IMG/VR virus record: IMGVR_UViG_3300046011_008537
Reading direction: 5' to 3' (one strand)
Source of the DNA: a virus
Taxonomy: Duplodnaviria; Heunggongvirae; Uroviricota; Caudoviricetes
Length of the DNA: 64,000 nt
The translations under genes and the position numbers were made by a program. Shown here one piece after another: positions 28,917 to 37,793 of this stretch. The number at the start of each line of letters is the position of its first letter. The first letter of the stretch is position 1. Under the pieces are notes generated by a model that did no database searches, had not been told where the DNA came from, and saw only the letters and a list, made by a program, of their open reading frames with translations.

Positions 28917-29099
28917 ATGAAAACTTTATTTTTGATTATTTTATGTTTATTTGTAACAGGTTGTGCTAGTTCTGGTGATTTAGCTAAATTACAGGATGAT
29001 CATGCTGCTTTAACTGCAAAGGTTGAATCTTTGACAAATTCAAATAAACAGTGTGATAAAAAATTAGATAATTTCTTCAAAAAAGTTCAGAAGAAATAA
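28917..29099 (+). CDS. small Lpp-like coiled-coil lipoprotein embedded in the tRNA cluster
   Basis: Signal peptide + lipobox VTGC. Heptad-like SSGDLAKLQDDHAALTAKVESLTN resembling Braun lipoprotein. RBS GAGGAAG. Confidence 0.5.
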   Translation: MKTLFLIILCLFVTGCASSGDLAKLQDDHAALTAKVESLTNSNKQCDKKLDNFFKKVQKK

Positions 29100-29104
29100 T
29101 ATAT

Positions 29105-29180
29105 GCCCCTTTAGCTCAATGGTTAGAGCGTCCGACTCATAATCGGTTGGTTCTAGGTTCAAGTCCTAGGAGGGGCACCA
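29105..29180 (+). tRNA. tRNA with CAT anticodon (elongator Met or Ile2/lysidine type; not initiator-like), encoded CCA
   Basis: GCCCCTT/GAGGGGC acceptor, loop CUCAUAA, T-arm CTAGG-TTCAAGT-CCTAG. G1-C72 paired. Confidence 0.8.
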
Positions 29181-29186
29181 AATATT

Positions 29187-29260
29187 GCGGGATTAGTTTA
29201 ATGGTAGAACAGCAGATTTCCAATCTCCTAGTGAGGGTTCGATTCCCTTATCCCGCTCCA
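29187..29260 (+). tRNA. tRNA-Gly (anticodon TCC), encoded CCA
   Basis: GCGGGAT/ATCCCGC acceptor, loop UUUCCAA, T-arm GAGGG-TTCGATT-CCCTT. Confidence 0.8.
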
Positions 29261-29292
29261 AATTTTATTATGTATTTTATTATGGGAGATTT

Positions 29293-29844
29293 ATGAAACA
29301 TAGATCATATAATGTTGATGGATATGCAATAGATGTCTATGACGATCTATTTACATTAGCTGAAAGAACTCATTTCTATAACTATATTTCTAATTCAAGT
29401 TTTCGGTTTGGCTGGGAAGATACTAGTGAAATTGAATACGGTAATTATAGATATTTTTATTCAGCATATAATCAAGAAGATCGTAATAATTTAGGAATTT
29501 TTGATTCATTAAGTCGTCATGAAGGTTTGCGATATACCCTTAGTCAATATAATATTAACAAAAGTATTGTTAATTTATCAATTCCGGTAAATACATATTT
29601 TAACCATAGTCATGTTGAAGACAAAGTTTTATTATATTATGTAAACCTTCGATGGAAAGAAGAATGGGGTGGAGAAACTCTTTTCTATGATGATAGTTTA
29701 AACGATATTTTATTTGCAAGCCCATTTACTCCAGGTAGATTAATTTTATTTGATGGACAAATTCCGCATACATTAAGACCGCAGGCTGGTTCAGCTCCGC
29801 ATTTCCGTTTCACATTTACAACATTCTTTACTAAAAACTTATGA
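29293..29844 (+). CDS. 2OG-Fe(II) oxygenase family protein
   Basis: 183 aa. HSHVED (HxE/D-type), distal GQIPHTLRP His...Arg. DSBH-like. Confidence 0.45.
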   Translation: MKHRSYNVDGYAIDVYDDLFTLAERTHFYNYISNSSFRFGWEDTSEIEYGNYRYFYSAYNQEDRNNLGIFDSLSRHEGLRYTLSQYNINKSIVNLSIPVNTYFNHSHVEDKVLLYYVNLRWKEEWGGETLFYDDSLNDILFASPFTPGRLILFDGQIPHTLRPQAGSAPHFRFTFTTFFTKNL

Positions 29845-30263
29845 TTGAAAATAAACCTAGATCTTGTGGCGATTGTTCAGCTTGTTGCGAAGGATGGCTC
29901 CATGGAGAAGCGCACGGGCATAAATTTTGGCCAGGAAGGCAATGTCATTTTAATGGAAAAAATGGTTGTACTATTTATGAAGATAGACCGGAAAATCCAT
30001 GTAAATCTTTTAAATGTTTGTGGTTATCTGGGGAACAAAATGTTCCCGCGTGGATGAAACCGGATGAATGTAAAGTTATTCTCTCGTACCAAAATAAAAA
30101 CGGAAAACCTTATATTTTAGTTTCTGAAGCAGGTAAACCTTTAAGTGCTGAAGTTTTATCTTGGTTATTTATGGAATATTTTAATGGTAATATAGGGAAT
30201 TTTGCATATGAACTAAATGGTGGTATGAATTTTGTTGGGGACAATGAATTTTTAAATACATAA
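29841..30263 (+). CDS. CxxCxxCC-type putative Zn/Fe-chelating domain protein (YkgJ-like)
   Basis: CGDCSACCEGW near N-terminus plus additional Cys/His. Confidence 0.4.
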   Translation: MIENKPRSCGDCSACCEGWLHGEAHGHKFWPGRQCHFNGKNGCTIYEDRPENPCKSFKCLWLSGEQNVPAWMKPDECKVILSYQNKNGKPYILVSEAGKPLSAEVLSWLFMEYFNGNIGNFAYELNGGMNFVGDNEFLNT

Positions 30264-30269
30264 AATTGC

Positions 30270-30298
30270 TTGACTTTTTATGTGTATTAAGTTATACT
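30270..30298 (+). promoter_or_regulatory. early-type promoter TTGACT-17-TATACT (upstream AAATTGC element) for gene 45
   Basis: Hexamers and spacing read directly. Confidence 0.5.
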
Positions 30299-30345
30299 AT
30301 ATATGTACTGTGTACTTTTGTTATTATTTTAAATAAGGTGATTAA

Positions 30346-31029
30346 ATGAAAATTTCTCAAGAAACAACTGCTATTCTAAAAAACTTTGCTCACATCAATC
30401 AAGGCATCTTTTTTAGAAAAGGTAATACTGTTTCAACTATGAGTCCAGGTAAAAATATTTTATCTGTGGCTACTATCTCAGATACAATTCCTCAAGACTT
30501 TGGTATTTACGATTTAAATAATTTCTTATCCGTTGCTTCTTTATTTAAAGAAGGTCCAGAATTAGAATTTGATGATAAACATGTTATTATTAAAGGTCGC
30601 GGAGGTCGTAGTAAAATTAAATATCGCGTTGCTGATCAATCAATGATTGTTGTCCCACCAGAAAAACTTCCTAATGTTCCAGCTCCAGATGTTAAATTTA
30701 CATTCTCTAAAGAAGATTTTGAATGGGTGTTAAAAACTGCAACCGTTCTTGGTGCACCTCATGTTGCTGTTGAATCAGATGGTACTACAGTTTCCTTAGT
30801 TACTTTCGATGAAGCAAATGATTCAAGTCATGTTAATTCATTAGAAATGGCTGACGTTGATCCAGAAGGTAAAGTATTTAAATTAGTATTTAAAGCTGAA
30901 AATTTAAAAGTTATCCCAGATACCTATTCAGTTGAGATTTCAAGTAAAGGTATCTCAGCATGGACTTCTACTACAGCTGAATTAAAATATTGGATTACTA
31001 TTGAAACTAGTTCAACATTTGGTAAATAA
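30346..31029 (+). CDS. 45: sliding clamp gp45
   Basis: 227 aa (T4 228 aa). N-terminal TTAILKNFAHINQGI aligns with T4 TTALLKNFATINSGI. Confidence 0.8.
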   Translation: MKISQETTAILKNFAHINQGIFFRKGNTVSTMSPGKNILSVATISDTIPQDFGIYDLNNFLSVASLFKEGPELEFDDKHVIIKGRGGRSKIKYRVADQSMIVVPPEKLPNVPAPDVKFTFSKEDFEWVLKTATVLGAPHVAVESDGTTVSLVTFDEANDSSHVNSLEMADVDPEGKVFKLVFKAENLKVIPDTYSVEISSKGISAWTSTTAELKYWITIETSSTFGK

Positions 31030-31210
31030 AATATGAGCGATTTTAATAATACAATGTTAGATAACTGGAATTCTTATATTCCAGCTACTTCAAGTTATAA
31101 AATGAAACAAATATTTTTGTTTACTTTATTAGATGCTTATATTAGTGAAGAAGTTGATAAAAAAGAATTAATACATGGCATTAAATCAATTTTGACAGAG
31201 GAATAATATT

Positions 31211-31495
31211 ATGACTGAAACTTTAGAAACAGTATTTGGTACGCTTGATGATAAACAATTAAAAATTCTTACTGATGGGTTGAAAGAAATTTCAGTTCAT
31301 TTTTCTAGAGTTGAGCGCGAAAAAGAAGCAATTAAAGATATCGTTGATGCCGTTAAAGATCAAATTGAGTTACCAAAGAAAATTATTAATCGTTTAGCTA
31401 AAACGTATCATAAACAAAATTTTGCTGAACAAAATACTGAAGATAAAGAATTTGCTAAACTTTATGTAAGTGTTGTATCAGGTCATACAGCTTAA
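31211..31495 (+). CDS. hypothetical protein
   Basis: 94-aa ORF with RBS. Followed by terminator. Confidence 0.3.
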   Translation: MTETLETVFGTLDDKQLKILTDGLKEISVHFSRVEREKEAIKDIVDAVKDQIELPKKIINRLAKTYHKQNFAEQNTEDKEFAKLYVSVVSGHTA

Positions 31496-31505
31496 ATTGA
31501 TTTTT

Positions 31506-31528
31506 GGGTGGCTTCGGTCACCCTTTTT
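31506..31528 (+). terminator. intrinsic terminator GGGTGGC-TTCG-GTCACCC + T5
   Basis: GC-rich hairpin with UUCG tetraloop and U-tract. Lies inside the ORF-track N-extension of gene 44, which argues for the ATG at 31555 as true start. Confidence 0.65.
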
Positions 31529-31554
31529 ATTATTTTTATTTTGGAGTTTATATT

Positions 31555-32496
31555 ATGATACGTGAGCATATGTTATGGTGCGAAAAATACAGACCAGAAA
31601 AAATTTCAGATTGTATTCTTCCTGAATCAATCAAATCGACATTCCAAGAATTTGTTACTCAAAACAAAATCCCTCATTTATTAATTGCAGGTTCAGCTGG
31701 CGTTGGTAAAACAACTATTGCAAAAGCCTTATGTAAAGAAACAGATTGCGACTATATTGTCATTAATGGTTCTGATGAAAATGGTATTGATGTTCTTCGT
31801 GGTAAAATTAAAAATTATGCATCTTCAGTTAGTTTATCTGGCGGACGTAAAGTAATTATTATTGATGAAGCAGATTATTTAAATGCTAATTCACTACAAC
31901 CAGCTTTGCGTAATGCAATTGAAGAGTTTTCTCGTAACTGTTCTTTTATATTTACTTGTAACTATAAAAACCGTATTATTGAACCGCTACATTCAAGATG
32001 TTCAGTTGTCGATGTAAAGATTACAAAAGAAGATAAACAGAAATTAATGGCTCAGTTTTTTAAACGAGTTTGTTGGATTTTAGATGAAGAAAAAGTTGAA
32101 TATAACAAAGAAGTTGTAGCTCAGGTTATTGCTAAATATTATCCAGATAATCGTAGAGTTTTAAACGAACTTCAGCGTTATGCAATGGGTGGTGTTATTG
32201 ATGCGGGTTTATTATCACAAGTTTCTGATGTAAATTTAACACCATTAATTAAAGGTTTAAAAGAAAAATCGTTTGCTGACGTTAGAAAATGGGTTGTTGA
32301 TAACTTAGATAATGATAGTCAAACAATTTATCGCAAGATGTATGATTCAATGTATGATATTTTAAAGCCAAATTCAATACCCCAGTTAGTGTTATTAATT
32401 GGTCGATATCAATATCAAACAGCTTTTGTTATTGATCACGAGATTAATTTAATGGCTTTCTTTACAGAATGTATGGTTGACTTAGAATTCAAATAG
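31555..32496 (+). CDS. 44: clamp loader large subunit gp44 (AAA+)
   Basis: Walker A AGSAGVGKTT, DEAD-like IIIDEAD, SRC-like motif. RBS GGAG. Confidence 0.8.
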   Translation: MIREHMLWCEKYRPEKISDCILPESIKSTFQEFVTQNKIPHLLIAGSAGVGKTTIAKALCKETDCDYIVINGSDENGIDVLRGKIKNYASSVSLSGGRKVIIIDEADYLNANSLQPALRNAIEEFSRNCSFIFTCNYKNRIIEPLHSRCSVVDVKITKEDKQKLMAQFFKRVCWILDEEKVEYNKEVVAQVIAKYYPDNRRVLNELQRYAMGGVIDAGLLSQVSDVNLTPLIKGLKEKSFADVRKWVVDNLDNDSQTIYRKMYDSMYDILKPNSIPQLVLLIGRYQYQTAFVIDHEINLMAFFTECMVDLEFK

Positions 32497-32503
32497 GTGA
32501 TTT

Positions 32504-32887
32504 ATGGATTTGTTTAAAGAAGTTTTACCATCATTGCTTCAATATAAAAAATCTATTATTACATCCGATAACGAAAAACAATACGAACCTTATATTGTAA
32601 ATCGAGCATTAAGTCAGCATAATGATTGTTTGTTATATGTAAATGAAATGAATCAGTATTCTGGTTTAGATAAAAAAATGCAATATGATTTTTACCTAAA
32701 TATATTAGTTGCTAAGAAAAGACCTTTTCAAAAATGGTATAAAGCAAGCGAATCAAAAGATATTCAGGTAATTAAGGAGTATTTCGGTTATTCATCAGAA
32801 AAAGCTAAAGATGCATTAAGAATTCTTACTCCTGAACAAATTGATAAAATTAAGGAAGTTGTTGATAAAACAGGAGTTATAAAATGA
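32504..32887 (+). CDS. 62: clamp loader small subunit gp62
   Basis: Position after 44. Segments VNRALSQHNDC / YDFYLNILVAKKRPFQKWYK resemble T4 gp62. Confidence 0.55.
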   Translation: MDLFKEVLPSLLQYKKSIITSDNEKQYEPYIVNRALSQHNDCLLYVNEMNQYSGLDKKMQYDFYLNILVAKKRPFQKWYKASESKDIQVIKEYFGYSSEKAKDALRILTPEQIDKIKEVVDKTGVIK

Positions 32888-33285
32888 GTGACATTTTTAA
32901 TGGATATGGCGTTGAGGTATTTATTGATGAAAATAATTTTTTAAAAATTAAAGAAACATTATCTAGAATTGGCGTATTATCTAAAAAAGATAAAACTTTA
33001 TATCAATCATGTCATATTTTACATAAACAAAGTAGATATGTAATTATCCATTTTAAAGAATTATTTGGTCTAGATAACAAATCTCATGAAATTAGTGAAA
33101 ATGATATTGCTAGAAGAAATACTATTGTAAATCTTTTAAGAGATTGGGAATTATTGGAAATTAGACACGAAGATGAATGTAAATCTCCGTTAGTTCCTAT
33201 TAGTCAAATTAAAATTTTATCGTATAAAGAAAAAGATGAATATAATTTGGTTAGTAAATATAACATTGGCAAAGTTAAAAAATAA
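32884..33285 (+). CDS. regA: translational repressor RegA
   Basis: Aligns with T4 RegA (LKIKETLSRIGV..KDKTLYQSCHIL..YVIIHFKEL). Confidence 0.8.
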   Translation: MSDIFNGYGVEVFIDENNFLKIKETLSRIGVLSKKDKTLYQSCHILHKQSRYVIIHFKELFGLDNKSHEISENDIARRNTIVNLLRDWELLEIRHEDECKSPLVPISQIKILSYKEKDEYNLVSKYNIGKVKK

Positions 33286-33548
33286 TGCCTGGAGTTACTA
33301 GAAAAAGTACGGATTCAGCTGGAGGTAAATTAGCTGCTGGATCCGGTGATGTATTTGTTAATGGAGCTGCAGCAGTTAGAATAGGTGATGCAGTTACAGG
33401 TCATGGGGTCGCCCCTCATGATTCCCCAACTATGGCTGCTGGTTCTGGTTCAGTATTTGTTAATGGCATTGCAGTTTGTCGAGCTGGCGATGCCGCTACT
33501 TGTGGCCATTCAGCGTCAGGGTCGGGAGACGTTTTTGCTGGTGGCTAA
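33285..33548 (+). CDS. PAAR-repeat protein (gp5.4-like spike tip)
   Basis: Three PAAR-like repeats (GDVFVNGAAAVRIGD, GSVFVNGIAVCRAGD) with conserved His/Cys, as in T4 gp5.4. Confidence 0.6.
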   Translation: MPGVTRKSTDSAGGKLAAGSGDVFVNGAAAVRIGDAVTGHGVAPHDSPTMAAGSGSVFVNGIAVCRAGDAATCGHSASGSGDVFAGG

Positions 33549-33629
33549 ATAGTTTTGCGAGAATGGTTCTCGTGGAAAAATGACCTGCTTCGGGGGTCGA
33601 AATTAAATCTTGCTTTTAAGGAGAAAAAT

Positions 33630-34058
33630 ATGTACGCTAAAGACTTAACTACTTTTAGAACAATTCATAATTCAGCATTAATTGGTTTTGACGAATTATT
33701 TCGTAGAATCAATGAATTGGAAAAGCCGCAAACTGGGTTTCCTCCATATGATATTATTAAACAGTCTGAAGAGAAGTTTGTTATCAAAATGGCAGTTGCT
33801 GGATATACAAAAGATCAAATCTCAGTTACTTTAGATACAGGTAAACTTGTTGTTACAGGTAAAATTAAACCAGATGAATCTAAAAAAGATTCGGAATTCT
33901 TATATAAAGGAATTGCTGAAAGAGATTTTACTAGAACATTTACCATAGCTGATACAGTTGAAGTCGATAAAGTATCATTATCCGATGGTATGTTATATGT
34001 ATCGCTAAGAAATGTAATACCAGATAACAAAAAGCCTAAAATATTTCAAATAGAATAA
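33630..34058 (+). CDS. small heat-shock protein (Hsp20/alpha-crystallin)
   Basis: Alpha-crystallin domain PPYDIIKQSEEKFVIKMAVAGY...GMLYVSL. Start chosen at the ATG preceded by RBS AAGGAG; ORF-track start at 33555 rejected. Confidence 0.7.
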   Translation: MYAKDLTTFRTIHNSALIGFDELFRRINELEKPQTGFPPYDIIKQSEEKFVIKMAVAGYTKDQISVTLDTGKLVVTGKIKPDESKKDSEFLYKGIAERDFTRTFTIADTVEVDKVSLSDGMLYVSLRNVIPDNKKPKIFQIE

Positions 34059-34076
34059 TTAGGTTTTATAACTATA

Positions 34077-34108
34077 GGGGCAATCAGAAATGGTTGCCCT
34101 TTTTTTTT
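34077..34108 (+). terminator. intrinsic terminator GGGGCAA-N-TTGCCC + T9
   Basis: Hairpin + long U-tract after hsp20. Confidence 0.7.
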
Positions 34109-34110
34109 GC

Positions 34111-34139
34111 TTGACGAAAAATGACTTATATAGTATAAT
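34111..34139 (+). promoter_or_regulatory. early-type promoter TTGACG-17-TATAAT
   Basis: Perfect -10, 17-nt spacer, upstream T/A tract + GC. Confidence 0.55.
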
Positions 34140-34168
34140 ATTATTATAGTTTAAATGTAGGAGGTATT

Positions 34169-34441
34169 ATGTCTTATAGCCGTTGGTCTTGTTCAGATTG
34201 GTATGCATTTCATACAACTGAATCCGGTGAAACAAAAGAAACTCAAAAACTAGCTTTATGGTATGCTGGAGCTGATGAAAATCCAATTTATACCTATGAA
34301 GAATTAAAAGTAATTACGCCAGAAATAATTAGAGCAAGGTGTGATATGGAAATTGGTGAAAGTAATATGGAAGAAGCGTTTTATATTATAAAGCAATTTA
34401 TATTTGATATTGATGATGAATTTAACCCTGATAAAAAATGA
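34169..34441 (+). CDS. hypothetical protein
   Basis: 90 aa. RBS GGAGG. Confidence 0.3.
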   Translation: MSYSRWSCSDWYAFHTTESGETKETQKLALWYAGADENPIYTYEELKVITPEIIRARCDMEIGESNMEEAFYIIKQFIFDIDDEFNPDKK

Positions 34442-34950
34442 AAGATAAATTTGTTAAATACTTTATGGATGTCGCCGAGAGAACTGCTCAGTTGTCCTAT
34501 GCGACTCGTTTACAAGTTGGTACGGTCATAGTAAAGAATAATCGTATCATTAGCTGTGGGTACAATGGAATGCCTGCAGGGTGGACGCCTAATGATTGTG
34601 AATATCCAGTTTCTATTGATAATGTTGAATTTTCAAAATTACCTCTTGACGAACAAGCTAGATTCACGTATAATTTCAATAAAAATGAGTGGGAAGGATT
34701 AAAAACCTATGATGAGTTAATTCATTCTGAAGCAAATGCAATTAGTCAGTTAGCGCGTTCAACAGAATCTGGTATAGGTGCAACAATTATTTGTACTCAT
34801 AGTCCTTGTTTACAGTGCGCAAAAATTATATACAGTTCTGGTATAAAAACTTTATATTATAAAAACGAATATCGTTCAGCCGCAGGTATTCGTTTTCTTG
34901 AAAAATGCGGTGTTAAAATATATAAAATTGAGGAAGAAAATGACAGTTAA
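34438..34950 (+). CDS. cd: dCMP deaminase
   Basis: Zinc motifs HSEANAI and CTHSPCLQCAK (H(A/C)E...PCxxC). Confidence 0.8.
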   Translation: MKDKFVKYFMDVAERTAQLSYATRLQVGTVIVKNNRIISCGYNGMPAGWTPNDCEYPVSIDNVEFSKLPLDEQARFTYNFNKNEWEGLKTYDELIHSEANAISQLARSTESGIGATIICTHSPCLQCAKIIYSSGIKTLYYKNEYRSAAGIRFLEKCGVKIYKIEEENDS

Positions 34951-35263
34951 ACAATTTAAATTATTATCTGGTGAAACAGTTCTTGGAACATATCTTGGTC
35001 CATGCGAAACGAGACCTGAATGTGATTTATTCGAAGATACGATTCAATTAGTTATTACTGACTCATTGGAAAATCCAAAAGAACAATCAGTTGGTTTTGC
35101 TCCATTTCCGGAATATAATAACCCAAAAAATAAAAATAAGATTGAAATTAATAAAAATTTAGTTGTATTCTATATTGAACCAGATGAACAATTTGTTGAA
35201 CAATATAATAAAATTTTTGGTAAAATCTTAACTGCGCCACAAAAAATCTTTACAGGAAAATAA
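34898..35263 (+). CDS. hypothetical protein upstream of DNA polymerase (true start possibly 34940)
   Basis: ORF overlaps cd 3' end; internal Met at 34940. Confidence 0.3.
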   Translation: MKNAVLKYIKLRKKMTVKQFKLLSGETVLGTYLGPCETRPECDLFEDTIQLVITDSLENPKEQSVGFAPFPEYNNPKNKNKIEINKNLVVFYIEPDEQFVEQYNKIFGKILTAPQKIFTGK

Positions 35264-37780
35264 ATGTCAAAATTCTACACTGACGTATCTATATTAGGGA
35301 ATAGTATTTTATACAAAGGGATTGAAAATGGTAAGCGAGTTCAGTTCAAATATGAATATTCGCCTAAAGTTTATGTTAAATCAAATAAACAAAGTGATTG
35401 GAAAAATCTTTTCGGTCAATATGTTGAAGAAATCCAACCTGGAGATATTAAAGAAACCCGTGATTTTATTAAAAGATACGAAGATGTAGATAATTTTGAA
35501 ATTTATGGTGATATCGGATTCGATGTCCAATTTATCTCTGATCAATTTCCAAAAGTTATTGATTGGGATATAGAATACATTAATTCATATGTATTGGATA
35601 TCGAAACTGCAACAGAAAATTCCGGTTTTCCATCTCCTGATTTAGCAGCAGAAGAAGTTCTTCTTATCACTATGAAAAACATGAAAACAAAACGCTCTAC
35701 AACTTTTATGTCTAGAGAATATACTGGAAATAAAAAAGAAAACTGTGAGTTTATTTTATGTGATGATGAGTATTCTTTATTGAACCGTTTTGTTGATTTC
35801 TGGAAACATAGCGATATTGATATTATTACAGGTTGGAACGTTGAAGGGTTCGATATAAAATATCTTGTTAATCGTATTGCTAAAATTATTAGCGAAGATA
35901 GAGTTAAGGATTTAAGTCCATGGAACAGGATTAAAGAACGAAAAACTAAAGACGATTTTGGTAAACCAACAACTCTATTTGAAATTGTTGGAGTTAACGT
36001 TGTTGACTTTCGAGATCTTTATAAAAAATACGGACAGAAAAAACCAGAAAATTTACGATTAGAAACTGTAGCTCAGTTAGTTTTAGGTCATGGTAAATTA
36101 GATCATAGTGAATTTGATACATTTAAAGATTTTTACACTAATGGTTGGAATAAGTTTGTGGATTATAACATTATCGACTGCGATAGAGTCGATGAGCTAG
36201 AAGATTCAGAAAAACTTATTGATTTGTGCTTAACCATGAGTTATTTGGCCAAAATTAATTATGGTGATATTTATAGCCAAATTAGAATGTGGGATGCAAT
36301 TATTTTTAATCATTTAAAAGCGAATAAAATTGTAATTCCACCTAGATCTAAAAATAGTAAAAATGAACAGTTTGAAGGTGCTTTTGTTCGTGAACCAGTT
36401 CCTGGGTTTTATCGTAATATTGCTAGTTTCGATGCCACTAGTTTGTATCCAAGTATTTTACAAACATGGAATATTTCGTTGGAAACTTTTACTGGTATGT
36501 TTGATGGTAATATTACAACTAAAGGTTTATTAGATAAAGAATATACTTTTCCAGAAGAATATGCTGTTGCAGCTAATGGTGCTATGTATCGCAAAGACAA
36601 AGTTGGTATGATTCCTGAGTTGATTGACGTTTATATGAAAAAACGTAAAGAGGCGAAATCAACAATGTTAAAATATGAATCTGAAATGGAGTTATTAAAA
36701 GCTAATAAAGATTATGATAAAAAAGAATACAAAAGAATATCTAATTTAATTTCAAAGTTTAATAATGAGCAGATGGCATTTAAAATTGCTATGAATAGTT
36801 TGTATGGAGCTTTAGGTAACGCTTTCTTTAGATATTACACCTTAGAAAATGCTCGAGCTGTAACTTTATCTGGTCAATACATTATTATTTCCGTTGGTGA
36901 ATTTGTTAAATTAAAATTAGATAAAATGTTTAAAGCTGATTATCCATGGGTAATTTATCAAGATACAGATTCAATTTATCTTTCGTTAGAACCTATTGTT
37001 AATAAATTTTATTCTGATAAAGAATTTAAAGAAATTGTTCCTGTTTTAAGTAAAATTTGTAAAGAAAAGATTGATCCAATTATTAATGAATGTTGTGATG
37101 ATTTGCAAGCCTATACTCATGTAAAACGTAACTGTATTTCATTTAAACTTGAGGGTATTAGTTCTAATGGTTTTTGGACTGGTAAAAAACGATATGCATT
37201 AAATGTGTATGAAAATGAAGGTGTTGTTTATAACGAACCTAAGATAAAAATTATGGGTCTTGAAGTTGTTAAATCTTCAACTCCATTAGTTATTCGCGAT
37301 AAACTTCGTAGCTCAGTTGGTTTGATTTTAAATGGAACTGAAGAGGATATTCAAAATTTTGTTTCTGAAGTAAAAAGCGAGTTTAAAAAATATTCTGTCG
37401 AAGAGATTGCGTTTCCTCGTGGAGTAAATGGTATTGAAAAGTATTCTGATTCAGAAACCATTTATGGTAATAAATGTCCGATTCATACTAAAGGTTCGAT
37501 CCTATATAACAATAAACTTCGTGAAATGAGTCTTCAGAATAGATATGAAATGATTGGTGAAGGTGCGCATATTAAATTTTGTTATTTAAAATTACCTAAT
37601 CCATTAAAACATGAAGTAATTTCATTTCCAGTTTCAATTCCACCTGAGTTTGATTTAGAACAATATGTAGATTACGATAAACAGTATGAAAAAACTTTCT
37701 TGGACCCATTAAATGGTATGTTGGAAGCCATTGGTTGGTCGCATGAAAGAAGAAATTGTATTGATGACTTTTTTGCTTAA
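35264..37780 (+). CDS. 43: DNA polymerase gp43 (family B)
   Basis: 838 aa. Exo motifs (DIET, YNIIDC), pol motifs (DxxSLYPS, KIAMNSLYG, YQDTDS). Confidence 0.9.
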   Translation: MSKFYTDVSILGNSILYKGIENGKRVQFKYEYSPKVYVKSNKQSDWKNLFGQYVEEIQPGDIKETRDFIKRYEDVDNFEIYGDIGFDVQFISDQFPKVIDWDIEYINSYVLDIETATENSGFPSPDLAAEEVLLITMKNMKTKRSTTFMSREYTGNKKENCEFILCDDEYSLLNRFVDFWKHSDIDIITGWNVEGFDIKYLVNRIAKIISEDRVKDLSPWNRIKERKTKDDFGKPTTLFEIVGVNVVDFRDLYKKYGQKKPENLRLETVAQLVLGHGKLDHSEFDTFKDFYTNGWNKFVDYNIIDCDRVDELEDSEKLIDLCLTMSYLAKINYGDIYSQIRMWDAIIFNHLKANKIVIPPRSKNSKNEQFEGAFVREPVPGFYRNIASFDATSLYPSILQTWNISLETFTGMFDGNITTKGLLDKEYTFPEEYAVAANGAMYRKDKVGMIPELIDVYMKKRKEAKSTMLKYESEMELLKANKDYDKKEYKRISNLISKFNNEQMAFKIAMNSLYGALGNAFFRYYTLENARAVTLSGQYIIISVGEFVKLKLDKMFKADYPWVIYQDTDSIYLSLEPIVNKFYSDKEFKEIVPVLSKICKEKIDPIINECCDDLQAYTHVKRNCISFKLEGISSNGFWTGKKRYALNVYENEGVVYNEPKIKIMGLEVVKSSTPLVIRDKLRSSVGLILNGTEEDIQNFVSEVKSEFKKYSVEEIAFPRGVNGIEKYSDSETIYGNKCPIHTKGSILYNNKLREMSLQNRYEMIGEGAHIKFCYLKLPNPLKHEVISFPVSIPPEFDLEQYVDYDKQYEKTFLDPLNGMLEAIGWSHERRNCIDDFFA

Positions 37781-37793
37781 AGGAAAATAAAAT

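Noticed and set aside
26924-29292. tRNA cluster as a prophage attachment or integration site, or CRISPR-like repeat array
   Set aside because: No integrase, no direct repeats of tRNA 3' ends and no regularly spaced repeats. The context is a lytic T4-like genome where tRNA clusters are normal.
31504-31554. ORF-track N-terminal extension of gene 44
   Set aside because: It runs through a GC hairpin + U-tract terminator. A good RBS precedes the ATG at 31555.
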